Shown: one piece after another, positions 17,466 through 27,131 of the stretch | How positions within the stretch are numbered: position 1 is the stretch's first letter | Layout: every line of letters starts with the position of its first letter | Assembly (NCBI GenBank): GCA_001773135.1 | Contig: MEVX01000012.1 | Span: 1-41,711 of the forward strand | From: a candidate division WWE3 bacterium RIFOXYB1_FULL_43_24 | Lineage (GTDB): Bacteria; Patescibacteriota; WWE3; UBA101185; UBA10185 | DNA length: 41,711 nucleotides | Reading direction: 5' to 3' | The notes under the pieces: generated by a model | What the model saw: the letters and a program-made list of their open reading frames with translations, nothing else | The model's database searches: none | Told to the model about the DNA's origin: nothing | Translations under genes and position numbers: made by a program

Positions 17466-18050
17466 TTATATGGATAGTTTAGCCATTTTTGCAAACTCGG
17501 ACGCTGTCATAAACTCCGGTGTAGGGTGGTCTGTGTAGTTCGGATTCGGTTCTATATCTGCCGTTCCGTTATTTTTTACTAAGTAGAATGCCATTCCGTG
17601 GAGTTCCTCTATTTGTTCATAGTCTGCCGGCGTGTGGCCATGTGTCCAATTGTCGAGGGTAATCAAAGGCTCGTTTCCTATGTTGCTCAGGGAGTGTCCC
17701 CATTCTTGAGTTATTATCGCTTCGTCCCCCGGTAATACGCTTACGATAACGAACTGGTCTACTTTATCAGGAGTCCACGACCCGTTCTCAAAATGTTTTT
17801 TTTGTAGCAAAAGAATTCCCTTTCCATTTACTACGCGGTATGTTTCTTCATGAGAATCGTTATGGTAGTGACCGAATGTTTTAACAAATTCCTGACCGTA
17901 AGTTCCGGGAGAAAGGACGGTCATATTTTCCCATTTGTTTCCCTGCGTCACGCCTGAGAATACCCAGTAAGCGAAATCGGGCCCTTTTTCTTCGGGGCTC
18001 AACAACACAGGAGCCAATTCTTCTTTTGTCCTTACTGTCTTTATTTGCAC
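17466..18050 (-). CDS. cupin-type (archaeal-type) glucose-6-phosphate isomerase family
   Basis: KTFGHYH, ETY, G.G.LLLQ, WGH metal-binding cupin motifs. Confidence 0.85.
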   Translation of the reverse strand: MQIKTVRTKEELAPVLLSPEEKGPDFAYWVFSGVTQGNKWENMTVLSPGTYGQEFVKTFGHYHNDSHEETYRVVNGKGILLLQKKHFENGSWTPDKVDQFVIVSVLPGDEAIITQEWGHSLSNIGNEPLITLDNWTHGHTPADYEQIEELHGMAFYLVKNNGTADIEPNPNYTDHPTPEFMTASEFAKMAKLSI

Positions 18051-18059
18051 GGGCAGCGA

Positions 18060-18752
18060 TTAGTAGTTGACTATAACATTAACATTGCCGGTTGTTCTTA
18101 GCTCTTCTATATAACTAACGTATAGTTGACTCAACTTGTTCTGTTTGAGGCTTTCTTTTACCAACGAACGGCCTTGTGCGTCATCGGTAATTTCAGGAAA
18201 GCTTTCTTTATTTTCTTCGATGTAAGCAGTTATTTCTTCTTCTGTTACTGTGACTTTATCCTCCATCAACTTTTCTATGAGAGCTATATGTTTGACCTGA
18301 TCCCTAAATTCGGTTTCGGTCATCCCGTTCTGCACAAGAAATTGATCTAAAGTCTGTCCGCCCTGGAGAATTCCATCTTCGATTGTTTTGATCTTAATAT
18401 TTACTTCGTCGTCGGATACAACAATGTTTTTAGATGCGGCCTCGTTAGCGATTAACTTCTTTTCAATCAGGTTATTTAAAGCTTGTTCTCCCAGTTGGGA
18501 CTCAAGTACTTTGATGACTTCCCACCTGTATACGGGTTTTCCCTGAACTGTTGCTGCTATAAAAAGGGATTTATAGTTATAAATAAGGGCGCCAAGACCA
18601 AGAACCAAAAGAGCTATAACAAGCCCTTTATTTTTCTTTAATTCTTGTCCTATAAAATTTGTAGCCTCCCTGAATTTTACCGGCTCAGTATTACCGGACG
18701 TTGTCAGTACTTTTTCTTCTTCATGACTTTGTATTTTTTCTTTTTTATCCAT
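18060..18752 (-). CDS. SurA N-terminal / PrsA-like chaperone lacking the parvulin domain
   Basis: TM, AATVQGKPV, LIEKKLIANEA, VSDDEV, VTEEEI..Y; start at MDKKE (18752). Confidence 0.8.
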   Translation of the reverse strand: MDKKEKIQSHEEEKVLTTSGNTEPVKFREATNFIGQELKKNKGLVIALLVLGLGALIYNYKSLFIAATVQGKPVYRWEVIKVLESQLGEQALNNLIEKKLIANEAASKNIVVSDDEVNIKIKTIEDGILQGGQTLDQFLVQNGMTETEFRDQVKHIALIEKLMEDKVTVTEEEITAYIEENKESFPEITDDAQGRSLVKESLKQNKLSQLYVSYIEELRTTGNVNVIVNY

Positions 18753-18786
18753 TGCGAAAGTATAGCACAAAAATATGTGCTTATAG

Positions 18787-19245
18787 TTAATTTAATACTA
18801 CTATGCTTAGATTAAGGATTGCGGCAAAACCAACCCACACTATGTACGGAATGAGTAGCCTCGCTGCTACTGTGGATATTTTTTTGAAGCTGTACGCTGT
18901 TAATATGATTGTTATTTCAAGTAATATTATTTCGGGCAAAGCTAGGGCAGGCGCTTTCATACCGAAAAAAATTACGGACCATAGTGTGTTTAGGGTTAAC
19001 TGTATAGCGTAAAGTATTACCGCCTTTGTTTTTTCTTGCCGTGCAAACTCTTTTTTCCACACCAAATAGAGAGCTACTGCCATCAGTATATATAAAACGC
19101 TCCACATCGGACCGAAAATCCAATTCGGGGGATTAAAGAAAGGTTTATTTAAACTCGCGTACCACGTGGCGATGTTGGGTGTTGTGAAATACGAACCTAT
19201 CCCCGCAGCAGCGAAAGTAACTATTAAAGATATTACTAGTTTCAT
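18787..19245 (-). CDS. tspO: TspO/MBR tryptophan-rich sensory protein
   Basis: WYASLNKPFFNPPNWIFGPMW, LNTLWS.IFFG, PYIVWVGFA. Confidence 0.95.
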   Translation of the reverse strand: MKLVISLIVTFAAAGIGSYFTTPNIATWYASLNKPFFNPPNWIFGPMWSVLYILMAVALYLVWKKEFARQEKTKAVILYAIQLTLNTLWSVIFFGMKAPALALPEIILLEITIILTAYSFKKISTVAARLLIPYIVWVGFAAILNLSIVVLN

Positions 19246-19327
19246 TTATGTCCGTCCGATATAAATATTTTGGCCTGTATTAATTATACATTTTTGAAGC
19301 TTTGTTATCCGTTATATAATCAACAGG

Positions 19328-20068
19328 ATGAAGTTTATTAAATTTGCTCTGCCCGCCGGGATAATAATTTTATATTTATATCTGGCTTACGCGGGTTTTT
19401 ACAACACAATGAAGGAGATAAATTTGCAAAGTCCTTATAGCGAAAACCTTATGGTATTTGGAAGTTCCGACACAAGTGGCTCGGTGAAGTATGTTGCTTT
19501 AGGGGACAGTTTAAGTGCGGGAGTCGGAAGCGACAACATAAAAGAAACTATAGTTTATCAATTCGCCTTTAACCTATTTAAGAAGTACGGAAAGGTGAGC
19601 GCTCTTAACCTGGCTCTACCCGGAGGAACTACGGAAGACGTAATTAAAGATCAACTGCCGATTGCTATTAGCGAAAATCCTGCCTACGTTACACTTTTAA
19701 TTGGAATAAACGACATTCACAACAAATTTACTGACGGGCAATATACGGAAAATTATTCTCACATACTAAACGAATTGCTAACAAAAACGGATGCAAAAAT
19801 CATCGTGATAAATTTACCTTATCTGGGATCGCCTAAAGCTGTACGTTTTCCTTACAATTGGATGCTAAATTCCAGGACGAAAGAGTTTAACAGTAAGATT
19901 TACGGGTTAATTTCAGAGATTGACCACAACGACCGTATAAGACAAGTAGATTTATACGGAAAAACGTACAAAACTTTCAATAAAGACCCGAAAAATTATT
20001 CATCCGATCTTTTTCATCCATCAGGCCAAGGCTATTTGCTGTGGAGCCGGATTATAAATGAGGATTAA
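19328..20068 (+). CDS. membrane-anchored SGNH/GDSL hydrolase-family protein
   Basis: ALGDSL, IGIND, DLFHP blocks; N-terminal TM. Confidence 0.92.
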   Translation: MKFIKFALPAGIIILYLYLAYAGFYNTMKEINLQSPYSENLMVFGSSDTSGSVKYVALGDSLSAGVGSDNIKETIVYQFAFNLFKKYGKVSALNLALPGGTTEDVIKDQLPIAISENPAYVTLLIGINDIHNKFTDGQYTENYSHILNELLTKTDAKIIVINLPYLGSPKAVRFPYNWMLNSRTKEFNSKIYGLISEIDHNDRIRQVDLYGKTYKTFNKDPKNYSSDLFHPSGQGYLLWSRIINED

Positions 20069-21142
20069 TATCGCGGATCCTGTTTTTCAGACAGTTCTTT
20101 TTACTATTTTTTTCGTTCTATCTGTAATGGCGACTCTTAAAAAGGACACCAAACCTTATGAGATGGACCACGCGCACACCGATGAATTGAAGGGAGTTGC
20201 GATTTTAATGGTAGTTTTTTCTCACATCGGGTACTTTCTTTTTACCGACACCAGGTTTTTGTTCCCTTTGTCGATTGCGGCTGGGGTGGGGGTTAATATT
20301 TTTTTGTTTTTGTCGGGATTTGGGCTTACAAGCTCGGAGCTTAAGACTAAAAAAACGTGGAAAGAATTTTATGGTAAACGGTTGAAGACTATTTTTATTC
20401 CTATGTGGGTTGCGCTGATTGTTATTTTGGCCCTGGATTATTTTTTGTTAGGGAAGACTTATGACTCACTGATTATTATTAAGAGTTTCCTAGGATATTT
20501 TCCTGTTGCTGATATATACACTTCCATAAATTCCGCGCTTTGGTATTTTACCTTCATCCTTTTCTACTATCTGTTGTTTCCTATTGTTTTCCGTAGGAGT
20601 CAGCTTTTGTTATGTTACTACTGGGATATTTGGTGACCAGACTTGCTTTGCCCGTAACCAAGGATTTACTAAAGCTTTACCAACTTCACATACTGTTGTT
20701 CCCGTTGGGAATGGTCTTTGCTTGGTTGAACGAGAAGAAGCCCGGGGTTTGGTTTCAGGGGGTTTTATTAAAAGTTTTTCATAAGTCGTTATTGGCGGGA
20801 GTTGTGCGTTATCTTATCGCGGCAGGATTACTTTTTGTATTCGGTTACTCAGCTGTACATTCAGGAGTCGGAAAGGGAGTAATGGCAGAACAGCTGTCGA
20901 GTATTGTAACTATGTTAGCTTTAATCGCGGCTTTCTTACTCAAGAATGTTCATTCGAACCTACTGGTTATTTTAGGTAAATATTCTTATGAAATTTATTT
21001 ACTGCACTGGCCGATTATGTACAGACACGATTTTATTTATAAATATTTGCCGGCTTCCTGGGGAACGTTACTTTACTTGTTATTTTTCATTGTGGTTGGA
21101 TATGTTCTGAACAGGTTTGTGAAGAGGTTGGTTCGCAGGTAG
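20058..21142 (+). pseudogene. acyltransferase-3 (OafA/OatA membrane domain) gene split by a frameshift
   Basis: ORF1 has DELKGVAILMVVFSH, GVNIFLFLSGFGL, LWY; ORF2 has LGKYSYEIYLLHWP; the frames overlap at 20597-20636. Confidence 0.8.
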
Positions 21143-21186
21143 AGCTGGCACATAACTAAGTATTAATTTACAGGTATAATAAACAT

Positions 21187-21699
21187 ATGAAAAAAACAAA
21201 AAACATACTCATCTTAGGGTTATTAATCTTATTTTTGGCGGGTGGGTACTACATAGTGTCAAACTACACTTCTAAAAACGAGTCTAATTCTATAAATAAT
21301 GAAATAAATATAACAAAACTTAATCTGGAGTCGCCCGACAGACCGGCAGAAATAAACGGAAGCGTTGTTTCAGTAGAGGGTAATGTATTAATCATTGCTA
21401 ATGAAGTGGGCGTAGAACAACTAACTGAAGAAGAAAGAGCAGAAAGAAAAGTTGAAATGCAGAACTTGTCTCAGGAAGAAAGACAAGCCCTAAGACAGCA
21501 AGAACTGGAGAATACAGAAACAGAAGAAGTAGAAATTATTATTCCCGTAGGTGTGACGATTTTGAAAGGCAGCGGAGATGCTTCAGGTGATGTTGTTTCA
21601 GTTGAGATATCCGAAATCACAAAAGGTACTTATGTATCAATTTGGGTAACCGAGAATAAAGTTCCGGAATTTATTAAAATCAAAGGTTTAACTCAGTAG
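21187..21699 (+). CDS. membrane-anchored hypothetical protein, first gene of exporter operon
   Basis: TM followed by beta-rich domain; TATAAT 6 nt before ATG. Confidence 0.8.
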   Translation: MKKTKNILILGLLILFLAGGYYIVSNYTSKNESNSINNEINITKLNLESPDRPAEINGSVVSVEGNVLIIANEVGVEQLTEEERAERKVEMQNLSQEERQALRQQELENTETEEVEIIIPVGVTILKGSGDASGDVVSVEISEITKGTYVSIWVTENKVPEFIKIKGLTQ

Positions 21700-21703
21700 A
21701 ACA

Positions 21704-22729
21704 ATGAAGAAATATCTAAAATATATACTCATAGCTGCACTGGTAGCTGTCGGGGCATATCTATTATTTTTTAGAGGTTCTGATAGTAAGTCGTCGGAAG
21801 TTGCAATCAGCGAATATAAAGTTAAAAAAGGCGATATTATTGTTGGTTTTGAATCAGAAGGCACTTTTGTTACTGATATTGTGGAGCCTTCGTTCGTGAG
21901 TTCAGGAAAAATTAATTCTATTAATGTAAGCATAGGTGACGAGGTCAAAAGCGGAGATTTGTTAGCCACATTAGAAAGTTCGGAAGATTATTACTCGATG
22001 TTAAGTGCAAAAGCTATCTATGAAAAAGCTGTTGCTGCGCATCACGCTTTTGAGGCCACATACAATAAACTGGACAAGTCAGGTTTTGAGTATGAGGATG
22101 TTAAAAATTACGAGGAGCAAGAAAACCAACTTCGGGAAGCGAGCAAATCAGCAGAGTCTTTATATAACAAATCAATAAACGCCCTTCGTAAAAATAGCCT
22201 ATACTGCCCAATCGAAGGTACTGTTATAGACATTTACTTTAACGAGGGGGAGAGTGTACAAAACCAAAATCAATCAAACCCTATAATGGCAATATTACCC
22301 AAAGAAAAAACCGTATATGTGGAAAGCTATGTAGAAGATTTAGACATCTCAAAAGTCAAAAAAGATATGAACGCAAAATTTATTCCGGATGCTATTGATA
22401 AAGAATATAGCGGAAAAGTTGTATTTATCAGTCCCAAGAGCGTTACAGATAATAATGGTCTGGTTACATACAAAGTAAGAATCGCATTAGATGGTACTGC
22501 GGAACTTTACGACGGTTTCATTGGTAGTGTCCAGTTTTTATCAAAATCAGCAGAAAATGTTTTAGTAATTCCAAATAAAGCAGTAAGAATGATTGAGGGA
22601 ACCCAGTACGTTTTTGAATACCCCGATACTACAAAGAAAATCAAAGTTGTTACAGGATTAACAGATGGAACTAATGTTGAAGTCGTCGAAGGTTTAAATG
22701 AAAATGACACCATTGCAATCACCGAATAG
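21704..22729 (+). CDS. efflux periplasmic adaptor (MacA/HlyD family)
   Basis: GKINSINVSIGDEVKSGDLLA, PIEGTV, ENVLVIPNKAV, VTGLTDG. Confidence 0.9.
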   Translation: MKKYLKYILIAALVAVGAYLLFFRGSDSKSSEVAISEYKVKKGDIIVGFESEGTFVTDIVEPSFVSSGKINSINVSIGDEVKSGDLLATLESSEDYYSMLSAKAIYEKAVAAHHAFEATYNKLDKSGFEYEDVKNYEEQENQLREASKSAESLYNKSINALRKNSLYCPIEGTVIDIYFNEGESVQNQNQSNPIMAILPKEKTVYVESYVEDLDISKVKKDMNAKFIPDAIDKEYSGKVVFISPKSVTDNNGLVTYKVRIALDGTAELYDGFIGSVQFLSKSAENVLVIPNKAVRMIEGTQYVFEYPDTTKKIKVVTGLTDGTNVEVVEGLNENDTIAITE

Positions 22730-23396
22730 CTCAATTATCAAAATCAAAGATATAAAAAGGTCTTTCAGGCTGGGTACCCAAACTATAGATGTTCTCAAAG
22801 GCATAAGCTTGGATATCAAGAAAGGTGAGTTCGTGGCATTGATGGGTCCTTCAGGTTCAGGCAAATCTACGTTATTAAATATATTAGGTCTTTTGGATGT
22901 GCCGACATCGGGCTCCTATATGCTGGATGAAGAAAATGTTGAAAAATTAAGTTCAGATAATCTTGCGGACATAAGAAATAAAAAACTTGGTTTCATATTT
23001 CAAAGTTTCAATCTAATTCCCAAGGTCTCTGCTTTAGATAATGTTGTGTTACCTTCAATATTTTATGTTAAGGAGGAAACTGACAAGGCCGTACAATTGC
23101 TAACTAAGCTTGGTCTTGAAGATAGATTGGACCACCTACCCAACGAACTTTCAGGAGGTCAAAAGCAAAAAGTGGCAATTGCAAGATCATTAATAAACTC
23201 TCCCGAAATATTATTTGCAGACGAACCGACAGGTAACCTCGATTCAAAATCCGGCGATGAGGTACTGGAAATAATTCTTAATTTAAATAAAAAAGATGGA
23301 AAAACAATAGTTATGGTTACTCATGACGACAGTATTTCTGCAATGGCAGATAGGGTAGTGCATATAAAAGATGGATATTTAGTGAACGGATTATGA
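22698..23396 (+). CDS. ABC transporter ATP-binding protein (MacB/LolD type)
   Basis: GPSGSGKST, GFIFQSFNL, LSGGQKQ, ADEPTGNLD, VTHD. Confidence 0.95.
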   Translation: MKMTPLQSPNSSIIKIKDIKRSFRLGTQTIDVLKGISLDIKKGEFVALMGPSGSGKSTLLNILGLLDVPTSGSYMLDEENVEKLSSDNLADIRNKKLGFIFQSFNLIPKVSALDNVVLPSIFYVKEETDKAVQLLTKLGLEDRLDHLPNELSGGQKQKVAIARSLINSPEILFADEPTGNLDSKSGDEVLEIILNLNKKDGKTIVMVTHDDSISAMADRVVHIKDGYLVNGL

Positions 23397-24598
23397 AAAA
23401 CTTGAATCTGTATAAAAAATTGACAAAAAGGTCTTTAGAATCTCTTAAAAAAGCGGGCTTAAAATCATTTCTAACACTCTTAGGGATATTTATAGGATCC
23501 GCCACAGTAGTTTTAGTATACGAGCTGGGAAGAGGAGCGCAGGCAAGTATAGAACAACAGTACTCGAACATGAGTGTTAATACAATTATAATTAATGCCC
23601 CATCAACAGATGGAGAAAAATCTAAGCTCGGGATTGACGATATACCCGAACTTATGGAGATAGATGTAATAGAGAATGTGGCACCTCAACTAACGGGTAG
23701 GTTGCCCGTCACCTACTCAACAAATACGGTTTCACTTAATATTTTTGGAACGACCGCGAGCATTAAAGATATTGTAAATCTTGAGTTACTGCAGGGTAAT
23801 TTTTACACGGACGACGCAGGAAAAAACAAAGATAAAGTTGTAGTTCTAGGATACGAATCAACTCAGGAGTTATTTGGAGATAACTTTGGAAATGTTGTTG
23901 GAGAAAACATAATAATCAACAGAAAAAACTACGAAATTGTCGGGGTACTAGCGTATAAAGGAGGTTCCTTCGGCCCGGTAACTATTGATGATAGTGTTTT
24001 TGTTCCGTATGAGGTATCCGAGAGGTATATTCTTGGTAGTAACGGGAAGTTTAATCTCAATTTAATTGTGGATGACTTTGATAATATTTCGTACGCGCAG
24101 GAACTAATTGCGGAGAAATTAAGAGATCTTCATGGAATAAGAGGTAGTACTCCCGAAGATTTTAGAATACGGGATATGGGGTCGGTCGTACAATCTGCTC
24201 AAGAGTCCGCCCGGACAATGTCTATTCTTTTATGGTCTGTAGGTCTAATCGTTCTAGTTGTGGGAGGCATAGGTATCATGAACATCATGTATACCTCGGT
24301 TCTTGAGAGAACCAAAGAAATAGGCATATTGAAAGCCTTGGGCGCAAGAGATAATTACATACTTTACATCTTCTTATCAGAGGCAGTAATACTAAGTTTT
24401 ATCGGGTTTGTAGTAGGGTCGATTTTAAGTCTTCTTATATATTTTGGAGTTGCACAAACCGGATTTACAATAAGTTTCGAACCTGTTGCGTACTTAATCT
24501 CTTTTGTTTCTACCATGACCATCGGTACGGTATTTGGATATTATCCTGCAAAGAAAGCAGCCGGTTTGAATCCTGTAGATGCCTTGAGATACGAATAG
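23393..24598 (+). CDS. MacB-family ABC permease
   Basis: LTLLGIFIG, VGGIGIMNIMYTSVLERTKEIGILKALGA, LNPVDALRYE. Confidence 0.95.
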   Translation: MKNLNLYKKLTKRSLESLKKAGLKSFLTLLGIFIGSATVVLVYELGRGAQASIEQQYSNMSVNTIIINAPSTDGEKSKLGIDDIPELMEIDVIENVAPQLTGRLPVTYSTNTVSLNIFGTTASIKDIVNLELLQGNFYTDDAGKNKDKVVVLGYESTQELFGDNFGNVVGENIIINRKNYEIVGVLAYKGGSFGPVTIDDSVFVPYEVSERYILGSNGKFNLNLIVDDFDNISYAQELIAEKLRDLHGIRGSTPEDFRIRDMGSVVQSAQESARTMSILLWSVGLIVLVVGGIGIMNIMYTSVLERTKEIGILKALGARDNYILYIFLSEAVILSFIGFVVGSILSLLIYFGVAQTGFTISFEPVAYLISFVSTMTIGTVFGYYPAKKAAGLNPVDALRYE

Positions 24599-24619
24599 TT
24601 TTGCTTAAAGATTGCTTAT

Positions 24620-24662
24620 TTGACAAACTCCCCCCGCCCTACTATTATGAATATGTATTCAT
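24620..24662 (+). promoter_or_regulatory. sigma70 promoter with overlapping palindromic operator
   Basis: TTGACA (24620-25), 17 nt, TATTAT (24643-48); ATGAATA-TG-TATTCAT (24647-24662) covers the -10 and start site. Confidence 0.7.
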
Positions 24663-24682
24663 TATTAAATTATTGGTAGGGG

Positions 24683-24943
24683 GTGATGAAAATGCCGTAT
24701 TTTGATAGAACAGGTCCTCAAGGACAGGGTCCCATGACCGGAAGAGGAATGGGTCCTTGCGGTGGAGATATGGGATTTGGTAGAAGAGGCTTTGGCAGAG
24801 GGTATGGAAGAGGTCTTAGATCCTGGTTTGCCTCTCCAACAAAGGCTCAGATAAAAGAAGGTCTTGCCCAGTATAGAAAAGATCTGGAAAATGAGCTAGA
24901 ACAGGTTAAAGCCGAACAAAAAGGACTTGAGGAGGAAAAATGA
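24683..24943 (+). CDS. DUF5320 family Gly/Arg-rich protein
   Basis: MPYFDRTGPQGQGPMTGRGMGPC, GRG repeats, C-terminal coiled coil; true start uncertain within 24683-24692. Confidence 0.85.
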   Translation: MMKMPYFDRTGPQGQGPMTGRGMGPCGGDMGFGRRGFGRGYGRGLRSWFASPTKAQIKEGLAQYRKDLENELEQVKAEQKGLEEEK

Positions 24944-24948
24944 AAGCG

Positions 24949-24986
24949 AATCCCCACCTGCGACTTAAAAACGCAGGCGGGGTTCA
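24949..24986 (+). other. intergenic hairpin between DUF5320 and DUF134
   Basis: CCCCaCCTGCG...CGCAGGcGGGG imperfect stem; no U-tract. Confidence 0.5.
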
Positions 24987-25015
24987 CCCGTAGTACTAAT
25001 TTTATCAGAAAGTCT

Positions 25016-25309
25016 ATGACAAGACCAAGAATAAGACGTTTTCTAAAATTTAATCCGGATGTTGACTATTTTAAACCAAGGGGAATTCCTCTTAGGGATC
25101 TTGAAGAAGTTGAGCTTTTAGCTGATGAAATTGAAGCTATCAAGCTGTATCTGGTTGATGGTTTAGACCAAACACAGTCTGCTGCAAAGATGGGTATATC
25201 CCAGCCCACTTTTGCGAGAACCTTTGATTCTGCATGTAAGAAGGTTGCGGAAGCTCTAATTAAAGGTAAAGCAATAAAAATAAATAAAATAGATGAGTAC
25301 TCTGAATGA
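25016..25309 (+). CDS. DUF134 family HTH protein
   Basis: MTRPR...YFKPRG...DEIEAIKL...QTQSAAKMGISQPTFAR...KVAEAL. Confidence 0.9.
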   Translation: MTRPRIRRFLKFNPDVDYFKPRGIPLRDLEEVELLADEIEAIKLYLVDGLDQTQSAAKMGISQPTFARTFDSACKKVAEALIKGKAIKINKIDEYSE

Positions 25310-25391
25310 AAACAGCAAGGCTGTTAAATCTTTTAGCTGCTTATAAATAACCAGAAATGCTGATGTTTAGTTAAAGTGATAGTATATATAT

Positions 25392-26015
25392 ATGCCTAAA
25401 AAAATAATCCCCCTACTTATAGTTCCCTTACTAATTTTTGTGGTTTCCTCAAATAATGCCCGTGCAGCAGGCTATCCCGTAGCCGGACATAAAGTAATAA
25501 TCGACGCCGGACACGGCGGAACCGACCCGGGAACTACCCAATGCCCGGATCTTTATGAAAAAGACGCCAATCTTACAATAGCCAATAAGTTAAAGACATT
25601 GCTTGAGAGGGCAGGAGCAACCGTTTACATGACCCGAACCGATGACTCTACCTTAAGCAATGAGGATAGATACTCGTACGCTAATAAAACTAACGGTGAG
25701 GTATTGGTTTCCATCCATCTAAATGGTTCGCTGGATCACTCAGTAAACGGCACTAAAGGACTTTATGCCAAACCCAAAAAAGATAAGGCTTTTACTACAG
25801 TTATGCATAATCAATTAGCTTCAGAACTTGGTGTTAAAAATCTTGGAATAACCAATTTTATGAGCGGTGTGATACTTAAATTTGTCAGACCGGCAACAAT
25901 TCAGGAGTCAGTTTATCTCTCAAATACACAGGAATGTGAAATGTTCAAAACAGGCAACAGAGCTGATCAGGTCGCGCAGTCTTTATTTAATGGACTAAAT
26001 ACTTGGTTTAAATAA
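25392..26015 (+). CDS. N-acetylmuramoyl-L-alanine amidase (Amidase_3)
   Basis: IDAGHGGTDPG, EKDANL, SIHLN, QE catalytic motif; signal peptide. Confidence 0.93.
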   Translation: MPKKIIPLLIVPLLIFVVSSNNARAAGYPVAGHKVIIDAGHGGTDPGTTQCPDLYEKDANLTIANKLKTLLERAGATVYMTRTDDSTLSNEDRYSYANKTNGEVLVSIHLNGSLDHSVNGTKGLYAKPKKDKAFTTVMHNQLASELGVKNLGITNFMSGVILKFVRPATIQESVYLSNTQECEMFKTGNRADQVAQSLFNGLNTWFK

Positions 26016-26046
26016 TTTAAGTTTATAAGGAGGTGCAAGAAAAAAT

Positions 26047-26757
26047 ATGAAAAATTTTTATACTATTTTTTTGTCGATTACGTTGATAACGGTGCTAACT
26101 GCAACTGTTTACGCTGCAAATAATCAGGGAACGGGTTCACAAGGTACGGGACAGGACACGGGTACGGGAACCGGAATTGGTCAAGGTACTCAGGGTACCG
26201 GTGCAATGCAACCTGTACAGAATCAAAACCAAGTCCAGACACAAAATATGGGAGAAGAACAGCAACTTCAAGTAAAAACGCAAGAGCAGCAGGGAACAGA
26301 AACAGGAGCTAACGGTAACGCACAGGGAGCAAAGAAGGGGCTTTCTGAAACTAGAAGTTCGGTTGCGCAGCAAATCCAAGAACTTCTCGGGACACAATCT
26401 GCGGCCGGGGGTATTGGAGACCAGGTAAGATTGTGGGCTAAAGCCCAACAGGAGTCAGAACTTAAGGTTCAGGAGCACTTAACAAATATAGAGAGCAAGA
26501 CGGGGCTAACAAGATCACTTTTTGGACCTAACTACAGGTCATTGAATGCTCTAAAGCAGGAAGTGAATCAAAATAGAGTAAGAGTTCAGCAACTTGAGCA
26601 ACTGGAATTAAAGCTAACCAACCAGGAAGACATAACCAATGTTCAGGAGATGATTGAATTACTTAATCAAGAAAACATCGCCTTGCAGGAGAAGATAGAT
26701 CTTGAGGAGGCAGACGACGGTGTCTTGGGATGGTTAGTGAAACTTTTTGCTAAGTAA
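26047..26757 (+). CDS. secreted Gln/Gly-rich coiled-coil protein
   Basis: RBS AAGGAGGT, signal peptide, GTG/QGT low-complexity segment, C-terminal GWLVKLF. Confidence 0.85.
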   Translation: MKNFYTIFLSITLITVLTATVYAANNQGTGSQGTGQDTGTGTGIGQGTQGTGAMQPVQNQNQVQTQNMGEEQQLQVKTQEQQGTETGANGNAQGAKKGLSETRSSVAQQIQELLGTQSAAGGIGDQVRLWAKAQQESELKVQEHLTNIESKTGLTRSLFGPNYRSLNALKQEVNQNRVRVQQLEQLELKLTNQEDITNVQEMIELLNQENIALQEKIDLEEADDGVLGWLVKLFAK

Positions 26758-26785
26758 AATAACAGTTTCATACGATACTGTTGTT

Positions 26786-26815
26786 CAAAAAGGCCGTTTA
26801 AAAACGGCCTTTTTG
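26786..26815. terminator. bidirectional intrinsic terminator
   Basis: CAAAAAGGCCGTTT-AA-AAACGGCCTTTTTG. Confidence 0.85.
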
Positions 26816-26906
26816 TTTGTTCATACCTTATTTTTTAAAAGATGAAGAACTTGGTGCGGTGCCGAAAAACTTTTGATATTTTACTTCAATGGATCGTACG
26901 GTCTGA

Positions 26907-27086
26907 TTGGCTGGGGGACAGGGATTCGGTCACGCATAAAATTCTGCTGAATTTTTGCTCGACCCCGCCTCGCTCGCCTTCGCTCGCTCCGGCATTCGAA
27001 TCCTCCAAATCACAACAATAAAAAATGTCCGCAAATCCTGCGGACTTCCGGCCATTTTTCATGGCTGAGCACACGGATCTAGAACC
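26907..27086 (-). repeat. tRNA-Gln 3'-end copy plus structured unit (distal copy)
   Basis: 22 bp identical to 32013-32034; 62 bp (26906-26967) identical to 28304-28365; degenerate second copy TGGCTG...GGATCTAGAACC at 27062. Confidence 0.9.
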
Positions 27087-27131
27087 TTAGTCTTTCTCCG
27101 AGATGATTATATATAGTTTTAATAATTAAGG

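Noticed and set aside
21187-24598. MacAB-like exporter as part of the tRNA-Gln island
   Set aside because: It looks AT-rich but lies outside the last tRNA-end repeat and beyond a bidirectional terminator; no boundary repeat was found.
26125-26205. GGTAC/GGAAC-type short repeats
   Set aside because: They encode a Gly-Thr-Gly-Gln low-complexity linker within a CDS, not a DNA-level element.
26907-27003. Units as intron-containing, split or permuted tRNA genes
   Set aside because: No D arm, anticodon arm or matching 5' acceptor strand is present, and complete tRNAs exist at each locus.
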